From a virus (taxonomy: Duplodnaviria > Heunggongvirae > Uroviricota > Caudoviricetes > Peduoviridae): DNA of 31,834 nucleotides. Positions within the stretch are counted from its first letter, which is position 1; every line of letters starts with the position of its first letter. The notes beneath the pieces are model-generated. The model saw nothing but the letters and a program-made list of their open reading frames with translations, ran no database searches and was not told where the DNA came from. Location of the stretch: IMG/VR virus record IMGVR_UViG_2974619728_000001, positions 1-31,834 of that record. One strand, 5' to 3'. This document shows positions 1 to 9,368 of this stretch, piece by piece. A program made the position numbers and the translations under genes.

Positions 1-19
1 GGCGAGGCGGGGAAAGCAC
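1..19. other. cos: cos left cohesive-end sequence (P2-type 19-nt end)
   Basis: Window begins GGCGAGGCGGGGAAAGCAC, which matches the P2 cohesive end as I remember it; position immediately outside the portal/terminase genes fits a cos-cut genome. Confidence 0.7.
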
Positions 20-160
20 TGCGCGCTGGCGGTGGTGCTGATTTTATTTTTCGGCGTCTCAGCGCGTCGTGATGGCGTTTAGATTGTGTGCCGGGGCGTC
101 GGTGTGTCTGCGGGCTGTTTTGCGTGGAGGTGAGCGTGTGAGGGCGTGATGACGGGGTGT

Positions 161-182
161 AAAAAAGCCGCCCGCAGGCGGC
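161..182 (-). terminator. rho-independent terminator downstream of Q (minus strand)
   Basis: Plus-strand AAAAAA followed by GCCGCC-CGCA-GGCGGC; on the minus strand this is a 6-bp GC stem followed by a U6 tract, directly after the Q stop at 188-190. Confidence 0.6.
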
Positions 183-187
183 GATGT

Positions 188-1222
188 TCAGCCGTTGTCA
201 GTGTCCAGTGAGTAGTTTTTAAAGCGGATGACCTCCTGACCGAGCCAGCCGTTTATCTCGCGGATCCTGTCCTGTAGCGGGATAAGCTCATTGCGGACAA
301 AGACCTTTGCCACTTTCTCAATATCACCCAACGACCCGACGTTCTCCGGCTTGCCGCCCATCAACTGAAAGGGGATGCGGTGCGCGTCCAGCAGGTCAGC
401 GGCGCTGGCTTTTTTGATATTAAAAAAATCGTCCTTCGTTGCCACTTCACTGAGCGGGATAATTTTAATGCCGTCGGCTTTCCCCTGCGGGGCATAGAGA
501 AACAGATTTTTAAAGTTGTTGCGGCCTTTCGACTTCACCATGTTTTCGCGGAGCATTTCGATATCGTTGCGATCCTGCACGGCATCAGTGACGTACATGA
601 TGTATCCGGCATGTGCGCCGTTTTCGTAATACTTGCGGCGGAACAGCGTGGCCGACTCATTCAGCCAGGCAGAGTTAAGGGCGCTGAGATATTCCGGCAG
701 GCCGTACAGCTCCTGATTAATATCCGGCTCCAGCAGGTGAAACACGGAGCCGGGCGCGAAGGCTGTCGGCTCGTTGAAGGACGGCACCCACCAGTAAACA
801 TCCTCCTCCACGCCACGGCGGGTATATTTTGCCGGTGAGGTTTCCAGTCTGATGACCTTACCGGTGGTGCTGTAACGCTTTTCCAGAAATGCATTACCAA
901 ATACCAGAAAATCCAGCACAAAGCGGCTGAAATCCTGCTGGGAAAGCCATGGATGCGGGATAAATGTCGAGGCCAGAATATTACGTTTGACGTAAATCGG
1001 TGAGCTGTGATGCACGGCAGCACGCAGGCTTTTTGCCAGACCGGTAAAGCTGACCGGCGGCTCATACCATCTGCCGTTACTGATGCATTCGACGTAATCC
1101 AGAATGTCACGGCGGTCGAGCACCGGCACCGGCTCACCAAAGGTGAATGCCTCCATTTTCGGGGCGCTGGCGGTCATTTTTTTTGCCGCAGGTTGCGGTG
1201 TTTTCCCTTTTTTCTTGCTCAT
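188..1222 (-). CDS. Q: portal protein (P2 gpQ-like), 344 aa
   Basis: Full-length ORF; translation MSKKKGKTPQPAAK... matches P2 portal in length and sequence as recalled; sits next to the terminase ATPase gene. Confidence 0.92.
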   Translation of the reverse strand: MSKKKGKTPQPAAKKMTASAPKMEAFTFGEPVPVLDRRDILDYVECISNGRWYEPPVSFTGLAKSLRAAVHHSSPIYVKRNILASTFIPHPWLSQQDFSRFVLDFLVFGNAFLEKRYSTTGKVIRLETSPAKYTRRGVEEDVYWWVPSFNEPTAFAPGSVFHLLEPDINQELYGLPEYLSALNSAWLNESATLFRRKYYENGAHAGYIMYVTDAVQDRNDIEMLRENMVKSKGRNNFKNLFLYAPQGKADGIKIIPLSEVATKDDFFNIKKASAADLLDAHRIPFQLMGGKPENVGSLGDIEKVAKVFVRNELIPLQDRIREINGWLGQEVIRFKNYSLDTDNG

Positions 1223-2994
1223 CAGTAAAACTCCAGAATGGTGGATGTCAGCGGGGTGCTGATACCGGCGGTGAGTGGCTCATTTAACAGGGCGTGCATG
1301 GTCGCCCAGGCGAGGTCGGCGTGGCTGGCTTCCTCGCTGCGGCTGGCCTCATAGGTGGCGCTGCGTCCGCTGCTGGTCATGGTCTTGCGGATAGCCATAA
1401 ACGAGCTGGTGATGTCGGTGGCGCTGACGTCATATTCCAGACAGCCACGGCGGATAACGTCTTTGGCCTTGAGCACCATTGCGGTTTTCATTTCCGGCGT
1501 GTAGCGGATATCGCGCGCGGCGGGATAGAACGAGCGCACGAGCTGGAACACGCCGACACCGAGGCCGGTGGCATCAATACCGATGTATTCGACGTTGTAT
1601 TTTTCGGTGAGTTTGCGGATGGATTCCGCCTGGGTGGCAAAGTCCATGCCTTTCCACTGGTGACGCTCAAGTATTCTGAATTTGCCACCGGCCACCACCG
1701 GCGGTGCCAGCACCACGCATCCGGCGCTGTCGCCACGGTGTGACGGGTCGTAACCAATCCATACCGGGCGGGAGCCGAACGGATTGGCGGCAAACGGCGC
1801 ATAGTCTTCCCATTCTTCCAGCGTGTCGACCATGCAGCGTTGCAGCTCCTCGAACGGGAACACCGACGCCTTGTCGTCAACAAATTCACACATGAACAGG
1901 TTTTTAAAATCGTCGGCGCTGTTTTCGCGTTTAAGCTGCTCAATGTCGAACAGCGTGCAGCCACCTTTCAGGGCGTCCTCAATGGTGACAATCTGCCGCC
2001 ACTGGCCGTCCGCACAGAGAAGACCTCCGGCAAGTGCGTTATGACTGACGTCGATTTCCACGCGTTCGGCGGCGCTGGCGCGTCCCCGGTTGAACAGTTC
2101 ACCCGACCAGAACGGGTAGGCGTCGTGCGCCAGCGTGGACGGGGTGGAGAAATAGGTCGAGCGCAGGTGACTCTGTGAGGCCATACCTGATGCCACCTTA
2201 CGCAGTACCTGAAAATTCGGGATCCAGAAAATCTCATCGACGTACAGGTCGCCGTTATGGCTCTGCGCGGTGTTGGAGTTGGTGCCGAGAAAAATCAGTT
2301 TTGCGCCGTTATTGCCCAGGACAATCGGGTCACCGGTCAGGTCAACGTCAACCAGACGGGCAAAGGCGATGATGTATTCGCGGAACACATACGCCTGCGT
2401 TTTACTGGCTGACAGAAAAATCTGGTTATGGCCGGTTTTCAGGGCGCGCAGCAGCGCCTCGCGGGAAAAATAAAACGTCGCGCCAATCTGGCGGGATTTC
2501 AGGATATCGCGGATGCGGTGCTCAAGCCCGGCGCGATACCAGTGCAACTGATATTCGAAAGACTGCTCAAAGAAAATCTGCTCCAGCTTTTCGATGGCCT
2601 CGTCACTGAAAAAATTCTTTTTCGGTTTGCGACGCCCGCCTTTGTTGCGGTTAGCGACGTTCGGATTAAGGTCTGCCTCGTTGCCGGTCTGACTGTAACG
2701 GTTGACCCGTGCCAGTCGTTCAATCTGGCGTCCGAGCAGGTCAATTTCCTTGAAGTCACCGCCGGTTTTCTGCGGTTTGATGATGAGCTGGGTCAGTCGC
2801 GCTTCCAGACTCATTTCGACACGGCTGATGGGGGCAACGCTGTCCCAGCCGTCGCGCTGTTTCCAGCTCTGCACCGTCGGGCGTTTCATCTGCAACATGG
2901 CGGCAATCTGCGGCACGGAAAACCCCTGCCAGTACAGCAGCGCCGCCTGACGACGCGGGTCGTGTAAAAGAGTGGTGTCTGTGGTGATGGTCAT
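1222..2994 (-). CDS. P: terminase large (ATPase) subunit, P2 gpP-like, about 590 aa
   Basis: 600-aa ORF; start placed at internal Met (MTITTDTTLL) to match P2 gpP length; its stop overlaps the Q start by 1 nt. Confidence 0.88.
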   Translation of the reverse strand: MTITTDTTLLHDPRRQAALLYWQGFSVPQIAAMLQMKRPTVQSWKQRDGWDSVAPISRVEMSLEARLTQLIIKPQKTGGDFKEIDLLGRQIERLARVNRYSQTGNEADLNPNVANRNKGGRRKPKKNFFSDEAIEKLEQIFFEQSFEYQLHWYRAGLEHRIRDILKSRQIGATFYFSREALLRALKTGHNQIFLSASKTQAYVFREYIIAFARLVDVDLTGDPIVLGNNGAKLIFLGTNSNTAQSHNGDLYVDEIFWIPNFQVLRKVASGMASQSHLRSTYFSTPSTLAHDAYPFWSGELFNRGRASAAERVEIDVSHNALAGGLLCADGQWRQIVTIEDALKGGCTLFDIEQLKRENSADDFKNLFMCEFVDDKASVFPFEELQRCMVDTLEEWEDYAPFAANPFGSRPVWIGYDPSHRGDSAGCVVLAPPVVAGGKFRILERHQWKGMDFATQAESIRKLTEKYNVEYIGIDATGLGVGVFQLVRSFYPAARDIRYTPEMKTAMVLKAKDVIRRGCLEYDVSATDITSSFMAIRKTMTSSGRSATYEASRSEEASHADLAWATMHALLNEPLTAGISTPLTSTILEFY

Positions 2995-3167
2995 GAATAC
3001 CTCGCCGTGATGAATACACGGCAAGGCTACTGAGTCGCGCCCTGCGATTCGCTAAGGTGCTGTTGTGTCAGTGATAAGCCATCCGGGACTGATGGCGGAG
3101 GATGCGCATCGTCGGGAAACTGATGCCGACATGTGACTCCTCTAATCACTATTCAGGACTCCTGACA
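2995..3167. promoter_or_regulatory. divergent late promoter region (P_P leftward, P_O rightward) expected from P2 organisation
   Basis: 173-bp intergenic gap between divergently oriented P and O; in P2 this gap holds the Ogr-dependent late promoters. No specific motif verified. Confidence 0.45.
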
Positions 3168-4022
3168 ATGGCAAAAAAAGTCTCAAAATTCTTTCGTATC
3201 GGCGTTGAGGGTGACACCTGTGACGGGCGTGTCATCAGTGCGCAGGATATTCAGGAAATGGCCGAAACCTTTGACCCGCGAGTCTATGGTTGCCGCATTA
3301 ACCTGGAACATCTGCGCGGCATCCTGCCTGACGGCATTTTTAAACGTTATGGCGATGTGGCCGAACTGAAGGCCGAAAAGATTGACGATGATTCGGCGCT
3401 GAAAGGCAAATGGGCGCTGTTTGCGAAAATCACCCCGACCGATGACCTTATCGCGATGAACAAGGCCGCGCAGAAGGTCTATACCTCAATGGAAATTCAG
3501 CCGAACTTTGCCAACACCGGCAAATGTTATCTGGTGGGGCTGGCCGTCACCGATGACCCGGCAAGCCTCGGCACGGAATACCTGGAATTCTGCCGCACGG
3601 CAAAACACAACCCCCTGAACCGCTTCAAATTAAGCCCTGAAAACCTGATTTCAGTGGCAACGCCTGTTGAGCTGGAATTTGAAGACCTGCCTGAAACCGT
3701 GTTCACCGCCCTGACCGAAAAGGTGAAATCCATTTTTGGCCGCAAACAGGCCAGCGATGACGCCCGTCTGAATGACGTGCATGAAGCGGTGACCGCTGTT
3801 GCTGAACATGTGCAGGAAAAACTGAGCGCCACTGAGCAGCGCCTCGCTGAGATGGAAACCGCTTTTTCCGCACTTAAGCAGGAGGTGACTGACAGAGCGG
3901 ATGAAACCAGCCAGGCATTCACCCGCCTGAAAAACAGTCTCGACCACACCGAAAGTCTGACCCAGCAGCGCCGCAGCAAGGCCACCGGCGGTGGCGGTGA
4001 CGCCCTGATGACGAACTGCTGA
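3168..4022 (+). CDS. O: capsid scaffolding protein, P2 gpO-like, 284 aa
   Basis: Translation from MAKKVSKFFRIGVEGD...; start chosen at internal ATG 3168 to match P2 gpO length. Confidence 0.88.
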   Translation: MAKKVSKFFRIGVEGDTCDGRVISAQDIQEMAETFDPRVYGCRINLEHLRGILPDGIFKRYGDVAELKAEKIDDDSALKGKWALFAKITPTDDLIAMNKAAQKVYTSMEIQPNFANTGKCYLVGLAVTDDPASLGTEYLEFCRTAKHNPLNRFKLSPENLISVATPVELEFEDLPETVFTALTEKVKSIFGRKQASDDARLNDVHEAVTAVAEHVQEKLSATEQRLAEMETAFSALKQEVTDRADETSQAFTRLKNSLDHTESLTQQRRSKATGGGGDALMTNC

Positions 4023-4080
4023 CCGGTGTCAGTCAGTCCGGGAAAACCTTCACGATTAACCCTTAATTTCAGGAAAAACT

Positions 4081-5154
4081 ATGCGCCAGGAAACCCGCTT
4101 TAAATTTAATGCCTACCTGTCCCGTGTTGCCGAACTGAACGGCATCGACGCCGGTGATGTGTCGAAAAAATTCACCGTTGAACCGTCGGTCACCCAGACC
4201 CTGATGAACACCATGCAGGAGTCCTCTGACTTTCTGACCCGCATCAACATTGTGCCGGTCAGCGAAATGAAAGGGGAAAAAATTGGTATTGGTGTCACCG
4301 GCTCCATCGCCAGCACCACCGACACCGCCGGTGGCACCGAGCGTCAGCCGAAGGACTTCTCGAAGCTGGCGTCAAACAAGTACGAATGCGACCAGATTAA
4401 CTTCGATTTTTATATCCGCTACAAAACGCTTGACCTGTGGGCGCGTTATCAGGATTTCCAGCTCCGTGTCCGTAACGCCATTATCAAACGCCAGTCCCTT
4501 GATTTCATCATGGCCGGTTTTAACGGCGTGACGCGTGCCGAAACCTCTGACCGCAGCAGCAATCCGATGCTGCAGGATGTGGCGGTCGGCTGGCTGCAGA
4601 AATACCGCAATGAAGCCCCGGCGCGCGTGATGAGCAAGGTTACTGACGAGGAAGGTCACACGACCTCTGAGGTCATCCGCGTGGGTAAGGGCGGTGATTA
4701 TGCCAGCCTCGATGCACTGGTGATGGATGCGACCAACAACCTGATTGAACCGTGGTATCAGGAAGACCCTGACCTTGTGGTGATTGTGGGACGTCAGCTA
4801 CTGGCGGACAAGTATTTCCCTATCGTCAACAAGGAGCAGGATAACAGCGAGATGCTGGCCGCTGACGTCATCATCAGCCAGAAACGCATCGGCAACCTGC
4901 CAGCGGTACGCGTCCCGTACTTCCCGGCGGATGCGATGCTCATCACGAAGCTGGAAAACCTGTCCATCTACTACATGGATGACAGCCATCGCCGCGTGAT
5001 TGAGGAAAACCCGAAACTCGACCGCGTGGAGAACTACGAGTCAATGAACATTGATTACGTGGTGGAGGACTACGCCGCCGGTTGTCTGGTGGAAAAAATT
5101 AAAGTCGGTGATTTCTCCACACCGGCTAAAGCGACCGCAGAGCCGGGAGCGTAA
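4081..5154 (+). CDS. N: major capsid protein, P2 gpN-like, 357 aa
   Basis: Full ORF MRQETRFKFNAYLSRV...; position and size match P2 gpN. Confidence 0.92.
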   Translation: MRQETRFKFNAYLSRVAELNGIDAGDVSKKFTVEPSVTQTLMNTMQESSDFLTRINIVPVSEMKGEKIGIGVTGSIASTTDTAGGTERQPKDFSKLASNKYECDQINFDFYIRYKTLDLWARYQDFQLRVRNAIIKRQSLDFIMAGFNGVTRAETSDRSSNPMLQDVAVGWLQKYRNEAPARVMSKVTDEEGHTTSEVIRVGKGGDYASLDALVMDATNNLIEPWYQEDPDLVVIVGRQLLADKYFPIVNKEQDNSEMLAADVIISQKRIGNLPAVRVPYFPADAMLITKLENLSIYYMDDSHRRVIEENPKLDRVENYESMNIDYVVEDYAAGCLVEKIKVGDFSTPAKATAEPGA

Positions 5155-5157
5155 CCG

Positions 5158-5895
5158 ATGACGAGTCCCGCACAGCGCCACATGATGCGGGTCTCGGCAG
5201 CGATGACCGCGCAGCGGGAAGCCGCCCCGCTGCGACATGCAACTGTCTATGAGCAGATGCTGGTCAAGCTGGCCGCAGACCAGCGCACACTGAAAGCGAT
5301 TTACTCAAAAGAGCTTAAGGCCGCGAAAAAACGCGAACTGCTGCCGTTCTGGTTGCCGTGGGTGAACGGCGTGCTGGAGCAGGGCAAAGGCGCACAGGAT
5401 GACATTCTGATGACAGTCATGCTGTGGCGTCTGGATACCGGCGATATTGCCGGTGCGCTGGAGATTGCCCGTTATGCCCTGAAGTACGGTCTGACCATGC
5501 CGGGGAAACACCGCCGCACTCCGCCGTACATGTTCACCGAGGAGGTGGCGCTCGCGGCCATGCGTGCCCACGCTGCCGGTGAGTCTGTGGATACCCGCCT
5601 GCTGACGGACACCCTCGAACTGACCGCCACGGCTGACATGCCTGATGAAGTGCGCGCAAAGCTGCACAAAATCACCGGTCTGTTTCTGCGTGACGCTGGT
5701 GATGCCGCCGGTGCGCTGGCGCACCTGCAACGTGCGACACAGCTCGACTGTCAGGCAGGCGTCAAAAAAGAGATTGAACGACTGGAGCGGGAGCTGAAAC
5801 CGAAGCCGGAGCCAAAAGCGGTCACCCGCGCCCCGCGTAAGACCCGGAGCGTGACACCGGCAAAACGTGGACGCCCGAAAAAGAAAACCAGTTAA
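5158..5895 (+). CDS. M: terminase small (endonuclease) subunit, P2 gpM-like, 245 aa
   Basis: ORF starts 4 nt after N stop; basic C-terminal tail; matches P2 gpM. Confidence 0.88.
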   Translation: MTSPAQRHMMRVSAAMTAQREAAPLRHATVYEQMLVKLAADQRTLKAIYSKELKAAKKRELLPFWLPWVNGVLEQGKGAQDDILMTVMLWRLDTGDIAGALEIARYALKYGLTMPGKHRRTPPYMFTEEVALAAMRAHAAGESVDTRLLTDTLELTATADMPDEVRAKLHKITGLFLRDAGDAAGALAHLQRATQLDCQAGVKKEIERLERELKPKPEPKAVTRAPRKTRSVTPAKRGRPKKKTS

Positions 5896-5994
5896 CAACC
5901 GAATGCGCCCCGCGCCAGGGCGGCACGCCGGTCAGTGAGGGTGAATCACCTGACACTGCACCGGCGTCCACCGCCCGACTTTTCAGAGGTGGTC

Positions 5995-6504
5995 ATGATG
6001 ACGCTGATTATTCCGCGAAAGGAGGCTCCCGTGTCCGGTGAGGGTACGGTGGTCATCCCGCAACCGGCAGGCGACGAGCCGGTGATTAAAAACACGTTCT
6101 TTTTTCCCGATATCGACCCGAAGCGCGTCCGGGAACGTATGCGCCTTGAGCAGACCGTCGCCCCCGCCCGTCTGCGTGAGGCCATCAAGTCAGGCATGGC
6201 TGAAACAAATGCGGAGCTGTACGAGTACCGCGAACAGAAAATTGCCGCCGGTTTTACGCGTCTGGCGGACGTTCCGGCGGACGACATCGACGGTGAAAGT
6301 ATCAAAGTTTTTTACTACGAGCGCGCCGTGTGTGCGATGGCGACCGCGTCGCTTTATGAGCGTTATCGCGGCGTGGATGCCAGTGCGAAAGGCGACAAGA
6401 AGGCTGACAGCATTGACAGCACCATTGATGAACTGTGGCGGGATATGCGCTGGGCGGTGGCGCGTATCCAGGACAAGCCGCGCTGCATCGTGAGTCAAAT
6501 CTGA
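5995..6504 (+). CDS. L: capsid completion protein, P2 gpL-like, about 169 aa
   Basis: Start placed at ATGATG 5995 preceded by GAGG; matches P2 gpL. Confidence 0.85.
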   Translation: MMTLIIPRKEAPVSGEGTVVIPQPAGDEPVIKNTFFFPDIDPKRVRERMRLEQTVAPARLREAIKSGMAETNAELYEYREQKIAAGFTRLADVPADDIDGESIKVFYYERAVCAMATASLYERYRGVDASAKGDKKADSIDSTIDELWRDMRWAVARIQDKPRCIVSQI

Positions 6505-6707
6505 TGAAGACCTTTGCGCTACAGGGCGACACGCTCGACGCCATTTGTGTCCGGTATTACGGGCGCACTGAGGGCGTGGTTGAGACCGTGCTCGCCGCAA
6601 ATCCGGGACTGGCTGAACTGGGTGCGGTGCTGCCACACGGCACCGCCGTCGAACTGCCCGACGTTCAGACCGCGCCCGTGGCTGAAACTGTCAATCTGTG
6701 GGAGTAA
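6504..6707 (+). CDS. X: tail protein X (LysM-like), 67 aa
   Basis: MKTFALQGDTLDAICVRYYG...; start ATG overlaps L stop (ATGA-type coupling). Confidence 0.85.
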   Translation: MKTFALQGDTLDAICVRYYGRTEGVVETVLAANPGLAELGAVLPHGTAVELPDVQTAPVAETVNLWE

Positions 6708-6710
6708 CGC

Positions 6711-6992
6711 ATGACAGCAGAAGAAAAAAGCGTCCTGTCGCTTTTCATGATTGGGGTGCTGATTGTTGTCGGCAAGGTGCTTGCCGGTGGTGAACCCATC
6801 ACCCCGCGTCTGTTTATCGGGCGCATGTTGCTCGGTGGTTTTGTCTCGATGGTTGCCGGTGTTGTTCTGGTGCAGTTTCCTGACCTGTCACTGCCTGCAG
6901 TGTGCGGCATCGGCTCCATGCTGGGTATCGCCGGTTATCAGGTGATTGAGATTGCCATTCAGCGCCGCTTTAAGGGCAGGGGGAAACCGTAA
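6711..6992 (+). CDS. Y: holin, P2 gpY-like, 93 aa
   Basis: Small hydrophobic ORF with transmembrane stretches, immediately upstream of the endolysin gene. Confidence 0.88.
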   Translation: MTAEEKSVLSLFMIGVLIVVGKVLAGGEPITPRLFIGRMLLGGFVSMVAGVVLVQFPDLSLPAVCGIGSMLGIAGYQVIEIAIQRRFKGRGKP

Positions 6993-7489
6993 TGCCGGTA
7001 ATTAACACGCATCAGAATATCGCCGCCTTTCTCGACATGCTGGCCGTGTCCGAAGGGACGGCGAACCATCCGCTGACGAAAAACCGGGGCTATGACGTGA
7101 TAGTCACCGGGCTGGACGGAAAACCGGAAATTTTCACCGACTACAGTGACCACCCGTTCGCGCATGGCCGACCGGCGAAGGTGTTTAACCGTCGCGGTGA
7201 AAAATCCACGGCCTCCGGTCGCTATCAGCAGCTTTACCTGTTCTGGCCGCACTACCGCAAACAGCTTGCCCTGCCGGATTTCAGTCCGTTGTCACAGGAC
7301 AGACTTGCCATTCAGTTGATCCGCGAACGCGGTGCACTGGATGACATCCGGGCGGGACGTATTGAGCGCGCCATTTCACGCTGTCGCAATATCTGGGCGT
7401 CCCTGCCGGGAGCCGGTTACGGTCAGCGTGAGCATTCACTGGAAAAACTGGTCACCGTCTGGCGTACCGCTGGCGGCGTACCGGCTTAA
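6992..7489 (+). CDS. K: endolysin (lysozyme-like), P2 gpK-like, 165 aa
   Basis: MPVINTHQNIAAFLDMLAVSEGT...; start overlaps Y stop. Confidence 0.9.
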   Translation: MPVINTHQNIAAFLDMLAVSEGTANHPLTKNRGYDVIVTGLDGKPEIFTDYSDHPFAHGRPAKVFNRRGEKSTASGRYQQLYLFWPHYRKQLALPDFSPLSQDRLAIQLIRERGALDDIRAGRIERAISRCRNIWASLPGAGYGQREHSLEKLVTVWRTAGGVPA

Positions 7490-7503
7490 ACGGAGTAAAC
7501 ACC

Positions 7504-7929
7504 ATGAAGAAATTATCCCTTTCACTGATGCTGAACGTGTCGCTGGCGCTGATGCTGGCACTGTCCCTGATTTACCCGCAGAGCGTGGCCGTCAGTTTTG
7601 TCGCCACCTGGGCGATTCTGGCGACGGTTATCTGTGTGGTTGCCGGTGGTGTCGGCGTGTATGCCACTGAGTATGTGCTGGAACGCTACGGGCGGGAGCT
7701 GCCGCCGGAATCGCTGGCCGTGAAGATTGTCGCGTCGCTGTTTTTGCAGCCGGTGCCGTGGCGCAGACGGGCGGCGGCTCTGGTGGTGATGGTGGTGACG
7801 TTTATCGCGCTGGTCGCCGCCGGGTGGATTTTTACCGCGCTGATTTATCTTGTGGCATCGGTGTTCTTCCGGCTGATACGTAAAGCCTGTCGTCAGCGTC
7901 TTGAGGGGCGGGAATTATGTCAAAGCTGA
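7504..7929 (+). CDS. lysA: lysis timing membrane protein LysA, 141 aa
   Basis: Multi-pass hydrophobic ORF following K; matches P2 LysA. Confidence 0.85.
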   Translation: MKKLSLSLMLNVSLALMLALSLIYPQSVAVSFVATWAILATVICVVAGGVGVYATEYVLERYGRELPPESLAVKIVASLFLQPVPWRRRAAALVVMVVTFIALVAAGWIFTALIYLVASVFFRLIRKACRQRLEGRELCQS

Positions 7930-8342
7930 TGATTGTGCTGGTCGTGTTGTTATCGCTGGCGGTGGCGGGGCTGTTTCTGGCAAAGCATGAAAACGCCAGC
8001 CTGCGCGCCTCGCTGGACAGGGCGAACAACGTCGCCAGTGAACAGCAGACGACCATCACCATGCTGAAAAACCAGCTTCATGTTGCCCTTACCAGGGCAG
8101 ACAAAAACGAGATGGCGCAGGTGGCACTGCGTCAGGAACTGGAGAACGCCGCGAAGCGTGAAGCACAGCGCGAGAAAACCATCACGAGGTTACTTAATGA
8201 GAACGAAGATTTTCGCCGCTGGTACGGTGCTGACCTGCCTGATGCTGTGCGCCGGTTGCACCAGCGCCCCGCCTGCACCGACGCCAGTGATTGTCCCCAA
8301 CGCATGCCCGAAAGTGAGCCTTTGCCCGATGCCGGGCAGTGA
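7917..8342 (+). CDS. lysB: LysB, Rz-like inner-membrane spanin, 141 aa
   Basis: N-terminal transmembrane segment MSKLMIVLVVLLSLAVAGLFLA then charged coiled-coil-like region; start overlaps lysA 3' end. Confidence 0.85.
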   Translation: MSKLMIVLVVLLSLAVAGLFLAKHENASLRASLDRANNVASEQQTTITMLKNQLHVALTRADKNEMAQVALRQELENAAKREAQREKTITRLLNENEDFRRWYGADLPDAVRRLHQRPACTDASDCPQRMPESEPLPDAGQ

Positions 8343-8487
8343 CCCGCAGACGAACGGCGATTTAAGTGCCGATATCCGGCAGCTTGAGAACGCGCTGGCA
8401 CGCTGTGCCAGCCAGGTAAAAATGATTAAACACTGTCAGGACGAAAACGATGCTCAAACCCGACAGCCTGCGCAGGGCGCTGACTGA
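8197..8487 (+). CDS. lysC: LysC, Rz1-like outer-membrane lipoprotein spanin, 96 aa, in +1 frame overlapping lysB 3' end and R 5' end
   Basis: Internal start MRTKIFAAGTVLTCLMLCAGC carries a lipobox (LCAGC); Pro-rich mature region. Confidence 0.8.
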   Translation: MRTKIFAAGTVLTCLMLCAGCTSAPPAPTPVIVPNACPKVSLCPMPGSDPQTNGDLSADIRQLENALARCASQVKMIKHCQDENDAQTRQPAQGAD

Positions 8488-8917
8488 TGCCGTCACGGTG
8501 CTGAAAACTAACCCCGATATGCTGCGGATATTCGTGGATAACGGGAGTATTGCCTCCACACTGGCGGCGTCGCTGTCATTCGAAAAGCGTTACACGCTCA
8601 ATGTGATTGTGACCGACTTTACCGGTGATTTTGACCTGCTCATCGTGCCGGTGCTGGCGTGGCTGCGGGAAAATCAGCCCGACATCATGACCACCGACGA
8701 AGGCCAGAAAAAGGGCTTCACGTTTTATGCAGACATCAACAATGACAGCAGCTTTGATATCAGTATCAGCCTGATGCTGACCGAGCGCACGCTGGTCAGT
8801 GAGGTTGACGGCGCACTGCATGTGAAGAATATCCCGGAACCTCCGCCGCCGGAGCCGGTCACCCGCCCGGTGGAGCTTTATATCAATGGCGAACTGGTGA
8901 GCAAGTGGGATGAATGA
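8450..8917 (+). CDS. R: tail completion protein, P2 gpR-like, 155 aa
   Basis: Full ORF; position and size match P2 gpR. Confidence 0.88.
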   Translation: MLKPDSLRRALTDAVTVLKTNPDMLRIFVDNGSIASTLAASLSFEKRYTLNVIVTDFTGDFDLLIVPVLAWLRENQPDIMTTDEGQKKGFTFYADINNDSSFDISISLMLTERTLVSEVDGALHVKNIPEPPPPEPVTRPVELYINGELVSKWDE

Positions 8918-9368
8918 GTTTAAGCGTTTTGAAGACCGGCTGACCGGACTGATTGAGTCGCTGTCACCGTCAGGGCGTCGGCGACTGGCGGTAGATATTG
9001 CGAAGAAACTGCGCCAGCGCCAGCAGCAGCGAATTAAATTACAAAAAGGCCCGGATGGTACGCCGTATGTACCGAGAAAAAACCAGCCAGTGCGAAATAA
9101 GAAAGGCCGGATAAAGCGGGAAATGTTTGTGAAATTACGCACTAACCGGTTTATGAAAGCAACAGGTAGCGAGAGTGCGGCGGTGGTGGAGTTTGCCAGC
9201 GGGGTGCAACGAATTGCGCGAGTACATCAATTAGGGCTTAAGGATAAGCCGGGGCGTAATAGTGCTGTGGTGGAATATCCTGTTCGTGAGTTATTTGGTT
9301 TTGACAAGGAATCTATACAATTGATAGAAAGGGAGTTATTAGTGATTCTATCGAAAGATGTTATATGA
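8910..9368 (+). CDS. S: tail completion protein, P2 gpS-like, 152 aa
   Basis: MNEFKRFEDRLTGLIESLSPSGRRRLA...; start overlaps R stop. Confidence 0.88.
   Translation: MNEFKRFEDRLTGLIESLSPSGRRRLAVDIAKKLRQRQQQRIKLQKGPDGTPYVPRKNQPVRNKKGRIKREMFVKLRTNRFMKATGSESAAVVEFASGVQRIARVHQLGLKDKPGRNSAVVEYPVRELFGFDKESIQLIERELLVILSKDVI

Noticed and set aside
380-1140. ORFs 380-838 (+) and 661-1140 (-) inside the portal gene
   Set aside because: Lie entirely within and antisense or out of frame to the well-supported Q gene; Arg/Cys/Ser-rich translations typical of shadow frames in GC-rich coding DNA.
1294-2967. Multiple 60-180 aa ORFs overlapping the terminase gene P on both strands
   Set aside because: All nested in the P coding region with low-complexity, Arg-rich translations and no independent start signals; frame shadows.
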